Shown here in pieces: positions 49,682-62,257 of a stretch of DNA of 64,000 bases; position 1 is the stretch's first letter, and the number at the start of each line of letters is the position of its first letter. The notes beneath the pieces are model-generated. The model saw only the letters and a program-made list of their open reading frames with translations. It searched no databases and was not told the origin of the DNA. Both the position numbers and the translations under genes were made by a program. The stretch is from Candidatus Multivoradales bacterium (lineage in GTDB: Bacteria > Acidobacteriota > Thermoanaerobaculia > Multivoradales > Multivoraceae), in assembly GCA_965223325.1 (NCBI GenBank), contig CBDCWI010000001.1:1696001-1760000 (forward strand), in the 5' to 3' direction.

Positions 49682-52147
49682 ATGCATTCGCCCTCTCAGC
49701 CGGGTCGCCTTCTCGTGCCCCTTGCTCATGCCAGCCTGCTCGTCGCCCTTGGCAGCGCACTGTCGACCCCACTCGTCGCGCAGCCGACAGAACCTTCCGC
49801 GACCAGCGACCGGGCCTGCACGACCCCCGAAGACTTCACCATCATCGCGCTCCCCGACACCCAGTACTACTCGCAGTCTCACCCCTGGGTCTTCAAGGCA
49901 CAGACCGAGTGGATTGTCGCCAACCGCCAGGCGCTCAACATCGCCTTCGTCGCGCATGAAGGCGATCTGGTGAACACCTGGAACAGTCATGCCCAGTGGC
50001 AAGTCGCCAGCGAAGCGATGTCGACGCTCGAGGACCCGGTCACCACCGGCCGGCCCGAGGGCATTCCCTACCTACCCGCGATCGGCAACCACGACCTCGA
50101 TCTCAACGACAACGCCACCAATCCCACCGCCCACTTCAACCAGTACTTCGGCAGCGATCGCTTCGCGAACCGTTCGTACTACGGCGGCCACATGGGGGCG
50201 AACAACGACAACTCCTATGCCCTGTTCTCGGCAGGTGGAATCGACTTCGTGGCGATCTCCCTGGCCTACCGCAAGACGGTCGATCTCGAGGTGATCGCCT
50301 GGGCCGACTCCCTGCTCAAGCAGTACAGCAACCGCCTCGCCATCGTCACCAGCCACTGGCACATCGACAAGGAGACCGAGGCCGGCTTCAGCGTCCAGGG
50401 AGAAGCCCACTACGAAGTCCTGCGTCACAACCCCAACCTCGTCCTGATGCTCGGTGGCCACGTGCACGGCGAGAACCGACGTGCCGACTTGATGGGCGGC
50501 CGCATCGTGTCGTCGCAGCTTGCCGACTTTCAAAGTCGACCGAACGGCGGCAACGGCTGGCTGCGCATCCTGCGCTTCAGGCCCACGAAGAACAAGATCG
50601 AGGTCTACACACACTCGCCAACGCTCGGACAGTCCGAAACCGACGACAACAGCCGCTTCGACGTGCCCTGGGTCATGGCCGGGCGCTGCAACCCAAACGC
50701 CGGCAACGGAACCTCGCGCTTCGCGGGCTCGGCCATTGCTTCGGGTGACTTCGACGGTAACGGCCATGACGATCTGGTGGTCGGGGCGCCAGGTGCGACC
50801 CAGGGCAACCAGCCGCGCGCCGGTGCGGTGACGGTCTACTGCGGCTCACAACTCGGCCTGTCGACCCCATTGACCCTCGTCCAGGGGAGGGACGGAGTTC
50901 CTGGAGGTGGCGAGCGTGACGACCAGTTCGGCTTCGCGCTCACTGCCGGTGACTGGAACGATGACGGCCTCTCAGACCTCGCGATCGGTGCACCCACCGA
51001 GAACAAGGGCGACACCGTCTCCGCCGGTGCGGTCACCGTTCTCTACGGCGCTCCGGGCGGCCTCGGAACCGGGGCTACCAAACGCTACTTCGAAGGCGAC
51101 TCGGGGCTGCCGGGCTGGCCGGAAGAGGGCGACCAATTCGGCTTCGCGCTCACCACCGGCGACTTCAACGGCGACGGCGTTGACGACCTGGTCATTGGCT
51201 CACCTCTCGAAGACCTGGGCGGCGAACGCGACGCCGGCCGCCTGATGTGGATCCCGGGCAGCGCAGAGGGGCTCTCGAGCGAGCAAGCCCGACTGATCGA
51301 CCAGAACACTCCCGGCATCATCGGCGGAGTCGAAGCGTGGGATCGTTTCGCCTGGGCGCTTGCCGCCGGCGACTTCGACGGCGACGGCCTGAGCGACCTG
51401 GCGGTGGGCGTTCCCTACGAGCAACTCGGGGCGGCGAAGAAGACCGGTGCTGTCAACGTTCTCTACGGCAGCTCGACCGGGCCCTCGGCCATCGGCGACC
51501 AGATGCTGAGCCAAGACTGGCTCAGGGGCAGCGGCGGTGGCGCCGGTAGCGAGTCTGGCGACAACTTCGGTGCCGCCCTGGCAACTGGTGACCTGAACGG
51601 CGACGGGCGCGACGAGTTGATCGTCGGCGCACCGGGCGAAGACATCGGCTCGGCGCAGAACACTGGCGCCTTGAGTGTGGTTCCAGGAAGCAGCTCCGGC
51701 CTGACCTGGCAGGGCTCCCGCATGTGGTGGCAGAACAGCCAGCTCGGAATCGCCTCGGAAAAGGAAGACCGCTTCGCCTCGAGCCTCACCACCGGGGACT
51801 TCGACGACGACGGATTCGCAGATCTGGCGATCGGCATGCCGTTCGAGGCCTGGGGATCTGCCCCACTGCGCTCGGGGGCCGTCATGTTGCTGTCTGGCGG
51901 TCCCGGAGGCCTCGAGGGCAGCAGTCGCCGCGGCCTACGCCCAGCAGACTTCGAGAACGACAACCGTGAGGACTTCTGGGGCTTCGCCCTGGGTGCCGCC
52001 GACCTGCTCGGCGGTGACGAGGACGAACTGGTCATCGGAGTTCCTGGCCGCGACGTGCAGAACCGTGCTGATCGCGGGCAGGTGCGTGTCCTCAGGGGCA
52101 GTCCGGCCGGCGTGATGCTCGCCTTCTCACGCCTGCTCTGGCCCTAG
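49682..52147 (+). CDS. secreted calcineurin-like metallophosphoesterase fused to FG-GAP (integrin-alpha) repeats
   Basis: PDTQYY, HEGDLV, GNHD, TSH, GGHVHG metal motifs; about 7 FG.AL..GD.xxDGxxDL.IG.P repeats. Confidence 0.85.
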   Translation: MHSPSQPGRLLVPLAHASLLVALGSALSTPLVAQPTEPSATSDRACTTPEDFTIIALPDTQYYSQSHPWVFKAQTEWIVANRQALNIAFVAHEGDLVNTWNSHAQWQVASEAMSTLEDPVTTGRPEGIPYLPAIGNHDLDLNDNATNPTAHFNQYFGSDRFANRSYYGGHMGANNDNSYALFSAGGIDFVAISLAYRKTVDLEVIAWADSLLKQYSNRLAIVTSHWHIDKETEAGFSVQGEAHYEVLRHNPNLVLMLGGHVHGENRRADLMGGRIVSSQLADFQSRPNGGNGWLRILRFRPTKNKIEVYTHSPTLGQSETDDNSRFDVPWVMAGRCNPNAGNGTSRFAGSAIASGDFDGNGHDDLVVGAPGATQGNQPRAGAVTVYCGSQLGLSTPLTLVQGRDGVPGGGERDDQFGFALTAGDWNDDGLSDLAIGAPTENKGDTVSAGAVTVLYGAPGGLGTGATKRYFEGDSGLPGWPEEGDQFGFALTTGDFNGDGVDDLVIGSPLEDLGGERDAGRLMWIPGSAEGLSSEQARLIDQNTPGIIGGVEAWDRFAWALAAGDFDGDGLSDLAVGVPYEQLGAAKKTGAVNVLYGSSTGPSAIGDQMLSQDWLRGSGGGAGSESGDNFGAALATGDLNGDGRDELIVGAPGEDIGSAQNTGALSVVPGSSSGLTWQGSRMWWQNSQLGIASEKEDRFASSLTTGDFDDDGFADLAIGMPFEAWGSAPLRSGAVMLLSGGPGGLEGSSRRGLRPADFENDNREDFWGFALGAADLLGGDEDELVIGVPGRDVQNRADRGQVRVLRGSPAGVMLAFSRLLWP

Positions 52148-52163
52148 TCGACGGCCGATTCTT

Positions 52164-54713
52164 CTACCAGTGAAAGGTGACCGTGCCCCACGCGCGGCGC
52201 CCCAGGAGGTCACCGCCCCACGTCTGCCAGTGCTCTTCGTCGGTGGCGTTGGCGACTGCGGCGTCGATGTCGACGAAGTCACTGACGCGAACGCGCAGGC
52301 CGAGATCGAAGACACCGTAGGAATCGACGAAGCCCACGAAGGGTCCCGACGCGAAGAGATAGTCGTCGACCCAGCGATAGTCGCCGCGCACGTTGAAACG
52401 TTCGCCGCTCCAACCCAGGCCCAGGGTTGCGCGGTTCTCGGGCGCATTGGCCCCGAGATGAGGAACCAGGAGGCGCGCGCGCTCTACGGTTGTGTCCAAC
52501 CATGAGTAGTCGAATCGCAGAAGAAGGCCGGCGCCGAGCTCGAGGTCGACGCCGAGATCGGCACCCTGGACTTCGGTATCGCCGACGTTGCCGTAGGTGA
52601 ACAACGCCATGACCGGCGTGCCGTCGAGTTGCGTGCTCAAGAACTGAAACGACGGCCCGAGGGCGCCCTGCAGCTGCGCGAAAATGCTCCCGCGCACATC
52701 GAGCGGCAGCTCCTCGGGCGGTGAGTACGCCTGGTAGTCCGGATTGATCCGGCCAGCCGTCGTCCCGACATTGGGAATCGGCCCGACGATCAGGTCGTCG
52801 TGCTGGGAGAGGTGGTAGCCCACTTCGATCGTGCCCCGCTCCCCCAGCGGAGACCGCACACCGATCTCCAGCGTGTTGGTCTCTTCGGGATCGAGGTTAC
52901 GGTTGCCGAGAAACAACTGCCTCGTGTCTGGCGACGGATCGGAGGCTGCCTGCTCGCCAGTGATGATCGGATCGAGGTCGAACGCACAGACGACGCCGAA
53001 CAACACACACTGTGGCTCGAGACTGGCGAACTGCAGTGCGGGTGCAATATCGAACTGCATTCCGTACTCGGAGTAGTTCGGGAAGCGGAAGGCGCGGGCG
53101 TAGCCAACGCGGACGCTGCCCGCGGAGCCGAACCCCCAGACCAGCGAGGCGCGCGGCGACCACTCCGGCTTGTGAAACGAGGCGTCGTCGTAGCGCGTGC
53201 CGAGCGAGAGGACAAGGCGGTCCGTCGGGCGCCAGTCGACCGATGCATTGAGGGCGTCGCGTTCTTCGTCGATCGAACGCAGGAGGAGACTGTTCTCACG
53301 GCTGACTCCCTGACGGAAGAACGAGCGCGGTAGCCGTCGCGTCAGGTCGAGGGTTTCATCGGTCGCTACTTCTTCATCGCGATGCATGAAACCCGCGGTG
53401 AAGTGCAGAGAGCGCGACAGGTCCCAGCGCGTTTGCAACTCGAAGCGAAAGGACTCGTCGTCGAGCACGACGTTCTGGCCAGTGGCGAGTGCCGTTTGCT
53501 CGCCGGCATCTCGCGCCCGATAGTCACCGAAAAGATCCCAATGCACACTGGGGCTGAAACCGAAGCGCGCCCACTGGTGCGACGCATCGAGGACTTCGAC
53601 CCGACCGATGTCGGTCAACAGCAGGTGACCGTCGAGCTCGCTGCCACCGGCGGCAAACGTCAAGCCGATGCCGGCCGGGGAGCGATAGTCGAGGCGCAGA
53701 CCCGCGTTTGTCGCCTCTTCCTCCGGTCGACGGAGGCTGGTGGCCTCTGCCGGCAGGCAACCGAGCGACGCCACAATAAAGCCGCTCACTCCTGGGCAGA
53801 GACCATCGCCGTACTCAAACGGGCCATTTCGAGACGACCGGAAGCCCTCGGCGGTTCGGTAGTTACCCTGGAGGCCGATACCAAAGTTCGATGTCAGCAT
53901 CTGCGCCCAGCGCACGCCGCCCTCCGCCGTACCGCCCTCACCGCCACCGACCCGAAACGAGCCGTCGCTCCTGGTGACTGTGCGCGTCTCGAGCGACAGC
54001 AAGCCACCCGGAGCATGGCCGGCGAAAACTGTCGAGCCCGGACCGCGGGTGAAGTCGACCGCTGCCAGGGCCGCCGGTGCAACGGCGACCGCGGGCCACT
54101 CCTGGCCACCGAAGAAGAGCAGCGATGGATCACGCCCGTCGACGCGCACCGCGACGCGCTCGCTTCCGTGCGTTGCCATGCCACGGGTTGAGATCGCGTA
54201 GTCCGAAACCGTCGCCTGCTCGGCCGCACCGCCCGTCAGACCTGCCAGGGCACGCGCTACGGGCCAGCGATCGAAGCGCTCACGACTGTTCGGCGTCACC
54301 GCCGACGCGGCGATCGGTGCATAGCGCAGCGATTCAGTACGCGCGCTCGCCGCGGTCACCGCCAGGGCCGCCGCACGCGGCACCGTGTAGGCGAGGCGGT
54401 GCTCGAAAGGCGTCGTCACCAGCCGTTCAATGACCACGCTGACCGTTTCGCTCCAGTCGCCGATCGAGAGCTCGAGCTGCTGCGAACCAGCGGGCAGCGA
54501 CATGGTGAACCGGCCTTCGCTGTTGGACACGGCTGATGCCCAGTCCTCGAGCGCCGCGACCTGGATGCCCGCGACCGGACGCTCCTCCGCGTCGAGCAAG
54601 AGCCCGTGAACACGCCCATCTTGAGCCAAGAGAAGCGAAGTGGCTGAGAAGGCGAAGACGAGGGCACAACAAAGCACCCGAAAGACGCGTTCGATGGCAG
54701 CGGGAAGGCTCAT
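52164..54713 (-). CDS. TonB-dependent receptor
   Basis: Signal peptide, N-domain, plug (VDGRD...RGPGSTVF), GTRYD, SPRAS, GNRNLDPE, terminal aromatic FHW. Confidence 0.88.
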   Translation of the reverse strand: MSLPAAIERVFRVLCCALVFAFSATSLLLAQDGRVHGLLLDAEERPVAGIQVAALEDWASAVSNSEGRFTMSLPAGSQQLELSIGDWSETVSVVIERLVTTPFEHRLAYTVPRAAALAVTAASARTESLRYAPIAASAVTPNSRERFDRWPVARALAGLTGGAAEQATVSDYAISTRGMATHGSERVAVRVDGRDPSLLFFGGQEWPAVAVAPAALAAVDFTRGPGSTVFAGHAPGGLLSLETRTVTRSDGSFRVGGGEGGTAEGGVRWAQMLTSNFGIGLQGNYRTAEGFRSSRNGPFEYGDGLCPGVSGFIVASLGCLPAEATSLRRPEEEATNAGLRLDYRSPAGIGLTFAAGGSELDGHLLLTDIGRVEVLDASHQWARFGFSPSVHWDLFGDYRARDAGEQTALATGQNVVLDDESFRFELQTRWDLSRSLHFTAGFMHRDEEVATDETLDLTRRLPRSFFRQGVSRENSLLLRSIDEERDALNASVDWRPTDRLVLSLGTRYDDASFHKPEWSPRASLVWGFGSAGSVRVGYARAFRFPNYSEYGMQFDIAPALQFASLEPQCVLFGVVCAFDLDPIITGEQAASDPSPDTRQLFLGNRNLDPEETNTLEIGVRSPLGERGTIEVGYHLSQHDDLIVGPIPNVGTTAGRINPDYQAYSPPEELPLDVRGSIFAQLQGALGPSFQFLSTQLDGTPVMALFTYGNVGDTEVQGADLGVDLELGAGLLLRFDYSWLDTTVERARLLVPHLGANAPENRATLGLGWSGERFNVRGDYRWVDDYLFASGPFVGFVDSYGVFDLGLRVRVSDFVDIDAAVANATDEEHWQTWGGDLLGRRAWGTVTFHW

Positions 54714-54898
54714 GCTGATCTCCTGGACAACAACTCCGGTAGCCGGAGCGAGGAGTGGTAGGCGCGAAGAGGTGGGGAACGGGAGGCGGGATCGGTGAGG
54801 AAGGGAGCGCCTGAACGGCACTCGTGTGGCGGTGATCATGTGTCCAAGGGCGATCTCAGGTCAAGACTCACCAGATGCTCGACCTCCCATCCAAGGAC

Positions 54899-57301
<2,403 letters not shown>

Positions 57302-57428
57302 CCCCCGATGTTGTCCGGTACCAGAGCGCTTGTAAAGCGCTTCTCGGCCAACCGGCCGACTACGACTCAGCCGCTTGGCGTCGATACCATGCGGAGAGGA
57401 CGCGGAATCGCCGCGACGTCTCGAAGCC

Positions 57429-59108
57429 ATGCCAATCATCTCTGTCACCGCCGGCCCACGTGTCGGAACCACCCTGCACTTCGAGGAAACCGCGGTCCTT
57501 GGCCGCGGCGACGGAGCCGATCTCGATCTTGGTGACCGTTCCGCCTCGCGGCTGCACGCCCGCATCGAGCTCGATGGCCGACGCTTCTATCTCGCCGATT
57601 TGGGGAGTGGAAACGGCAGCTTCCTCAACGGCATTCGGGTCATCGGCCGAGCGCCACTCTCCCATCGGGACATCGTGCGGCTCGGCATGAGCCGCCTGGA
57701 GTTTCTGCTCGAGGGCGAGAACCCGCTTCAGGCATCGTCTTCGGCAGTGGCGCTCGTCGACAGCGAGTTGAAGCTCGAACGCTCGCGCTCGTTCGCCCTC
57801 TCGAGTCTCGAAATCGCGCGCCAGATCGGCGGCGATGACCAGTCTGGCGAGGAGGTGACCGCCGGTGGCCTCCATCAGCGCCTCGAACTGCTGCACGACC
57901 TCAGCGCCATCACCACCGAAACGTTGGACCTCCACCGAGTGCTCTCGCGCTCGCTCGAGATCCTGTTCAACAGCTTCAGCACCGTCGATCGCGGCTTCGT
58001 AGTGCGCTACGACGCCCCCACGGGTGAGTTCACCCCGGTTGTCGCTCGCACCCGTGACGGTGAAGCGATCGAGATCCCGGCCAGCCTCACCCTCTTGCGC
58101 GCCGCAGTCACCGCCAGTGAAGTTCTCTTGTGTGCCGACGCCAAACAGGACCAGCGCTACGCCGAGGCGGTCTCGATGCACGAGATCAACCTCCGATCGG
58201 TGGTCTGCGTTCCGCTGGTGATCGAGAATCGCACCTACGGCGTGCTGCAGCTCGACAGCACGAGCGCGCCCTGGGCAGTCACCGACCAGGACCTGGCCAC
58301 CCTCGCCAGCGCCGGCGCCAGCATCGCTCACGCGATGGCCAACGCCGAGCTGCATCGGCGGCTCACCGAGCGCGAGGTCGAGCGACACGACCTCGAGCTC
58401 GCCCGCTCGATCCAGCAACGCTTCCTTCCCACCGCGCCACCTGAGATCAAAGGCTGGGAGTTCGCCGCCGCCTATCAACCCGCGCAAGCGGTCGGCGGTG
58501 ATCTCTACTCCTTCGTCGACTTGGCCGACGGGAAGCTGGGCATCGCACTGGGTGACGTTTCTGGGAAGGGCATCCCGGCCGCGCTCATGATGGCGCGCAT
58601 GATGAGCGATCTGCGTTACCTTTCGGTGCGCTCGGACGACCCGTCGGCAGTCCTCTCGATGCTCAATTCTGAGCTCGCCCAGCGCGGCGGCGACGGTCTC
58701 TTCATGACCATGCTCTACATGGTGCTCGACCTCCAGAAGGGACTGTTGACAATCGCCAACGCCGGCCACATGGACCCGATCGTGCGACGAGCCCATGGTG
58801 CGGTGGCCGACCTCGAGACGTCGAGGGGCCCGGCGCTCGGCCTCGACGAGTTCGCCAGCTACCCACCGGCCCGCGCACACCTCGATCGGGGAGACACAGT
58901 CCTCTTCTACTCCGACGGGCTCACCGAAGCGGCAGGGCACCAGAGTGGCGAGCGCTTCGGCCTCGGTCGACTCTGTCGAGCGCTCTTGGCGAGTGAACCG
59001 AGCGCCAGTCAGCTGGTCGACTCGGTTCTCGGCCAGGTGGCACAGTTCGCCGCCGACGACCGCCCGCAAGACGATCTGACCGCGGTCGCGGTCTCACGTT
59101 CCCCTTGA
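57429..59108 (+). CDS. FHA-GAF-SpoIIE (PP2C) Ser/Thr phosphatase
   Basis: FHA GR...SRLHA...GSGNGSFLNG; GAF SVVCVPL...GVLQLD; PP2C VGGDLY, GDVSGKG, YSDGLTE, DDLT. Confidence 0.92.
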   Translation: MPIISVTAGPRVGTTLHFEETAVLGRGDGADLDLGDRSASRLHARIELDGRRFYLADLGSGNGSFLNGIRVIGRAPLSHRDIVRLGMSRLEFLLEGENPLQASSSAVALVDSELKLERSRSFALSSLEIARQIGGDDQSGEEVTAGGLHQRLELLHDLSAITTETLDLHRVLSRSLEILFNSFSTVDRGFVVRYDAPTGEFTPVVARTRDGEAIEIPASLTLLRAAVTASEVLLCADAKQDQRYAEAVSMHEINLRSVVCVPLVIENRTYGVLQLDSTSAPWAVTDQDLATLASAGASIAHAMANAELHRRLTEREVERHDLELARSIQQRFLPTAPPEIKGWEFAAAYQPAQAVGGDLYSFVDLADGKLGIALGDVSGKGIPAALMMARMMSDLRYLSVRSDDPSAVLSMLNSELAQRGGDGLFMTMLYMVLDLQKGLLTIANAGHMDPIVRRAHGAVADLETSRGPALGLDEFASYPPARAHLDRGDTVLFYSDGLTEAAGHQSGERFGLGRLCRALLASEPSASQLVDSVLGQVAQFAADDRPQDDLTAVAVSRSP

Positions 59109-59115
59109 AGGGAGC

Positions 59116-59619
59116 TCAGGCCGACGCCTCGCCGCCGCTCAGGAGCTCAGCCGCTAACGCCACCCGCCGGTCGTCACGCATCGCCGGCGACGCCCCGGTT
59201 GCCGACGCTCTATCCGACTCGCCTTCGAGCAGGCCTCGAATCAGGTCACAAATCGCGGCGACCCGGTGACGCTCTTTGAGCTCGCGCAGCGCATCGGCGC
59301 GCGACTTGCGGATATCGAAGAGCCGCTTCATGCCCGCAATCTCGAACACCTGCTCGACGTCCCGGTTGGGCGCACAGACAATCATGTGACCACCCTCAGC
59401 CGACAGTCGGCGCGTTACCATCACCAGCACCCGCAGACCGGCACTCGAGATGTAGTCGAGGCCGGCCAGGTCGAGCAGCAGCTCACGACGGTCATCCTCG
59501 AGCTCGGCATTGAGGACCCGCGACAACTCGTCGCTCGAACGCGAATCGAGCTCACCAGCCAGGACCACCAGACGGACGTTCTGCACGTCGCGCACCTCGG
59601 TGTTGAACGACTGAGACAC
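59116..59619 (-). CDS. STAS domain anti-sigma factor antagonist with a C-terminal extension
   Basis: LAGELDS...LDLAGLDYISSAGLRVL with the phosphoacceptor Ser. Confidence 0.88.
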   Translation of the reverse strand: MSQSFNTEVRDVQNVRLVVLAGELDSRSSDELSRVLNAELEDDRRELLLDLAGLDYISSAGLRVLVMVTRRLSAEGGHMIVCAPNRDVEQVFEIAGMKRLFDIRKSRADALRELKERHRVAAICDLIRGLLEGESDRASATGASPAMRDDRRVALAAELLSGGEASA

Positions 59620-59624
59620 CTGGT

Positions 59625-60425
59625 TCAGCCCGGAGTCGTCTGCTTGAAGACCAGATCGACGATCCCGCAGCGCAGGCGAGCACCGTCCTCGAGAGGGTGA
59701 TCGGCGCCTGCGGCGAGCCTCTCGCTGCCCAGGAAAGTGCCATTGGACACACCGGGCTCCTCGCACAGGTAGAACCGATCAGACTTCCAGTGAATGCGCG
59801 CGTGCCGGCGCGACAAAGACCGGCCGGAGTCGATCTCGGTGAGGTCGATCTCGGGCGAGGTCCCGCTCGTCGAGTCGTAACGCCCGATGATCGCGACCTG
59901 CTGGGGTGAAAGCGGGAACTGAGTGCCGCTCGCCTCGTGCACCAACACCGCCGAGGCTGCTGTCGCTCCTGGAAGGGGTGGCGGCTGTGGGCCGTCGCCG
60001 GCGACTGGCGTCTCGAGCTCGGCGCCGGTTCGCAACGGTGCAGCCGCGATTTCGTCTGCCCGTGCCTGCGCAGCTTCGTGCTGATAGAGGCGCCGCGAGA
60101 GCTTGCGGAGCATCCGAATCAGAAGTTCGGGCTCCTGGCGCAAGATCCCAGCGAAAGTGGCCGCATCGATCGGCAGGAGCTGACAGTTCGCCCCGGCCAC
60201 TGCCGTCGCACGCCGTGGGGTGCCCTCGAGCAGCGACATCTCGCCAAAGAAGTCACCCTTTTCGATCACCCCGAGGTCTCGTTCGGCGTTGCCAAAGCGT
60301 CGCACCATGCGCACCGTTCCGGAGGCGACGATGAACATGTCCCTGCCCTCGGAGCCCTGGTCGTAGACCGTCGTGCCCTCTCTGAATGCGACCAGCAGGT
60401 CGCTACTTTCTGATTGCGAACTCAC
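59625..60425 (-). CDS. cyclic-nucleotide-binding plus FHA domain protein
   Basis: cNMP GDFFGEMSLLEGTPRRATA; FHA IGR...SLSRRHARI...VSNGTF. Start estimated at GTG 60425. Confidence 0.88.
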   Translation of the reverse strand: MSSQSESSDLLVAFREGTTVYDQGSEGRDMFIVASGTVRMVRRFGNAERDLGVIEKGDFFGEMSLLEGTPRRATAVAGANCQLLPIDAATFAGILRQEPELLIRMLRKLSRRLYQHEAAQARADEIAAAPLRTGAELETPVAGDGPQPPPLPGATAASAVLVHEASGTQFPLSPQQVAIIGRYDSTSGTSPEIDLTEIDSGRSLSRRHARIHWKSDRFYLCEEPGVSNGTFLGSERLAAGADHPLEDGARLRCGIVDLVFKQTTPG

Positions 60426-60628
60426 GTTGCCGCCTGCCGGGCCTTCGATGGTTGAGTCTGTGGGCTTGTGCTCGATTGGGGCGGCAGTATAGCCGCGCCT
60501 TCGACCGGGCTCCTGCGTCATCGAATCGAGCCAGGGTCGGTGGCATTCCCAGGGATATTTCAGGTTGCGTTTCGGCGTCTTTGTAGGTATCTTCGGAGAT
60601 CCGATTCGCTGGGTTGCGCTTTCTTTGC

Positions 60629-61981
60629 ATGATGCCTGAGGAGCAGCGTTCGAAACCGGAAGCTCTCTGGCCTTTCGTCCTCCGAGGAGGCACAACGCAA
60701 CCTCACCGCCGGCCTTTTCGGGACCGCTACCTTCACCTTCACTTGGGGACCACGCGCCCCGAACCTTTGACTTTGACCACCCCAGGCAACAAACCCAGCA
60801 GGCCGAAGACTGGTCCGACATGGCTGGCGCCCTCCGACGGAGCCCTGCGAACCGACACCAAGCTGTCTCCAGTCGCCCGACGGATTCGCGAAGCGTCGAT
60901 CAAACAGTGGGGTGAGGAGAGCGCTGTCGAAATCGTCGGGCGCTCGCAGTCGATGGTGTCGCTCCTGGAGCGCCTCGAGAAGATGGCTCCGTTTGACGAA
61001 CCAGTCCTGATTCTCGGTGAGAGCGGTGTCGGCAAGGAAGCTCTCTCGCAATCCATCTATTTGCTCGGCGAACGCACGGCAAAGCCCCTCGTCCCGGTGA
61101 ACTGCCCGCAGTACCAGGAAGGCAATCTGACCGTCAGCGAGCTCTTCGGGCACAAGAAGGGCAGCTTCACCGGCGCCGCCAGCGATCGCAAGGGCTGCTT
61201 CGAGACCGCCGACGGTGGCATCGTTTTCCTCGACGAGGTCGCCGACCTGCACATGAGCGCCCAGGTGATGTTGCTGCGCGCGCTTGCGAGCGGCGAGTTC
61301 CAGCCACTCGGCTCAGACCAGACCAAACGAGTCGACGTGCGGGTCATCGCCGCAACCAACCGCTCTCTCAACCAGCTGGCCGAGAACCGCGAGTTCCGGC
61401 GTGACCTGATTTTCAGGCTGCGCTACTTCCAGATTCACGTTCCGCCCCTACGCGAACGCGACGGCGACTGGCTCCTGTTGCTCGATCACTTCTTATTGAA
61501 CATGCACCAACGCTACGGCGTCCAGAAGCGCTTCTCCGATGCGTCGCTGCAACTGCTCGAGACCTATCCGTGGCCGGGCAACGTACGCGAGCTGATTACC
61601 GTCACCACGATGGGCTACGCCCTGGCCGAAAGGGACGTCATCGAGCCCCGCGACTTCCTCGCTCAGCTCGAGGAAGAGCGGCAACCCGAAACTCCCGACG
61701 AAAAACTCGCCACGAGCGACGAAGGGCTCGATTCGCTCTATCGCTCGCTGACCTCGAGCGATGGCAACTTCTGGGAGCTGCTCCAGGAGCCGTTCCTCGA
61801 GCGCGACCTCAATCGCCGGCAGGTCCGTCGTCTCGTCGGTCGCGGCCTGCGCGAGACCAACGGCAGCTACCGCGATCTCTGCGCGGTGTGGAACATCCAG
61901 CCCCAGCGCTACCAGAAGTTCATGGATTTCTTGAGGCATCACCGACTCAAGCCCAAGTCGTACCAGGACACAGACCTCTGA
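60629..61981 (+). CDS. sigma54 enhancer-binding protein lacking a receiver domain
   Basis: GESGVGKE, ELFGHKKGSFTGA, FLDEV, WPGNVREL; atypical C-terminus FWELLQEPFLERDL...YQKFMDFL. Start uncertain. Confidence 0.88.
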   Translation: MMPEEQRSKPEALWPFVLRGGTTQPHRRPFRDRYLHLHLGTTRPEPLTLTTPGNKPSRPKTGPTWLAPSDGALRTDTKLSPVARRIREASIKQWGEESAVEIVGRSQSMVSLLERLEKMAPFDEPVLILGESGVGKEALSQSIYLLGERTAKPLVPVNCPQYQEGNLTVSELFGHKKGSFTGAASDRKGCFETADGGIVFLDEVADLHMSAQVMLLRALASGEFQPLGSDQTKRVDVRVIAATNRSLNQLAENREFRRDLIFRLRYFQIHVPPLRERDGDWLLLLDHFLLNMHQRYGVQKRFSDASLQLLETYPWPGNVRELITVTTMGYALAERDVIEPRDFLAQLEEERQPETPDEKLATSDEGLDSLYRSLTSSDGNFWELLQEPFLERDLNRRQVRRLVGRGLRETNGSYRDLCAVWNIQPQRYQKFMDFLRHHRLKPKSYQDTDL

Positions 61982-62168
61982 TTGCCTACGATGCAAAGGG
62001 CGCACAACGGCCCTCATGTTCTGGAGGCAGCGCTCCATCGATGGAGCGACCGCTCTTTACCGCCCACAACGTTGGCGCCCTCAGGCGGTTGCCAAGCAAC
62101 CAATGCCCTACGGATCAAGTGCCCTGTTTAAAGCACCTTGCAGTCTGCGACGCAACGATCGGGAGTAG

Positions 62169-62185
62169 TTGGCACAGGCTGTGCT
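62169..62185 (+). promoter_or_regulatory. sigma54 -24/-12 promoter of the RiPP precursors
   Basis: TTGGCACAGGCTGTGCT (GG-N10-GC), about 70 bp upstream of precursor 1 and directly downstream of a bEBP gene. Confidence 0.75.
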
Positions 62186-62257
62186 CTCTAGCTGACTGAT
62201 CGTCAACCCCTCTCTCGGCCTGCAACAGGCCATCAATAAACCCAAGGAGATTCAGCA

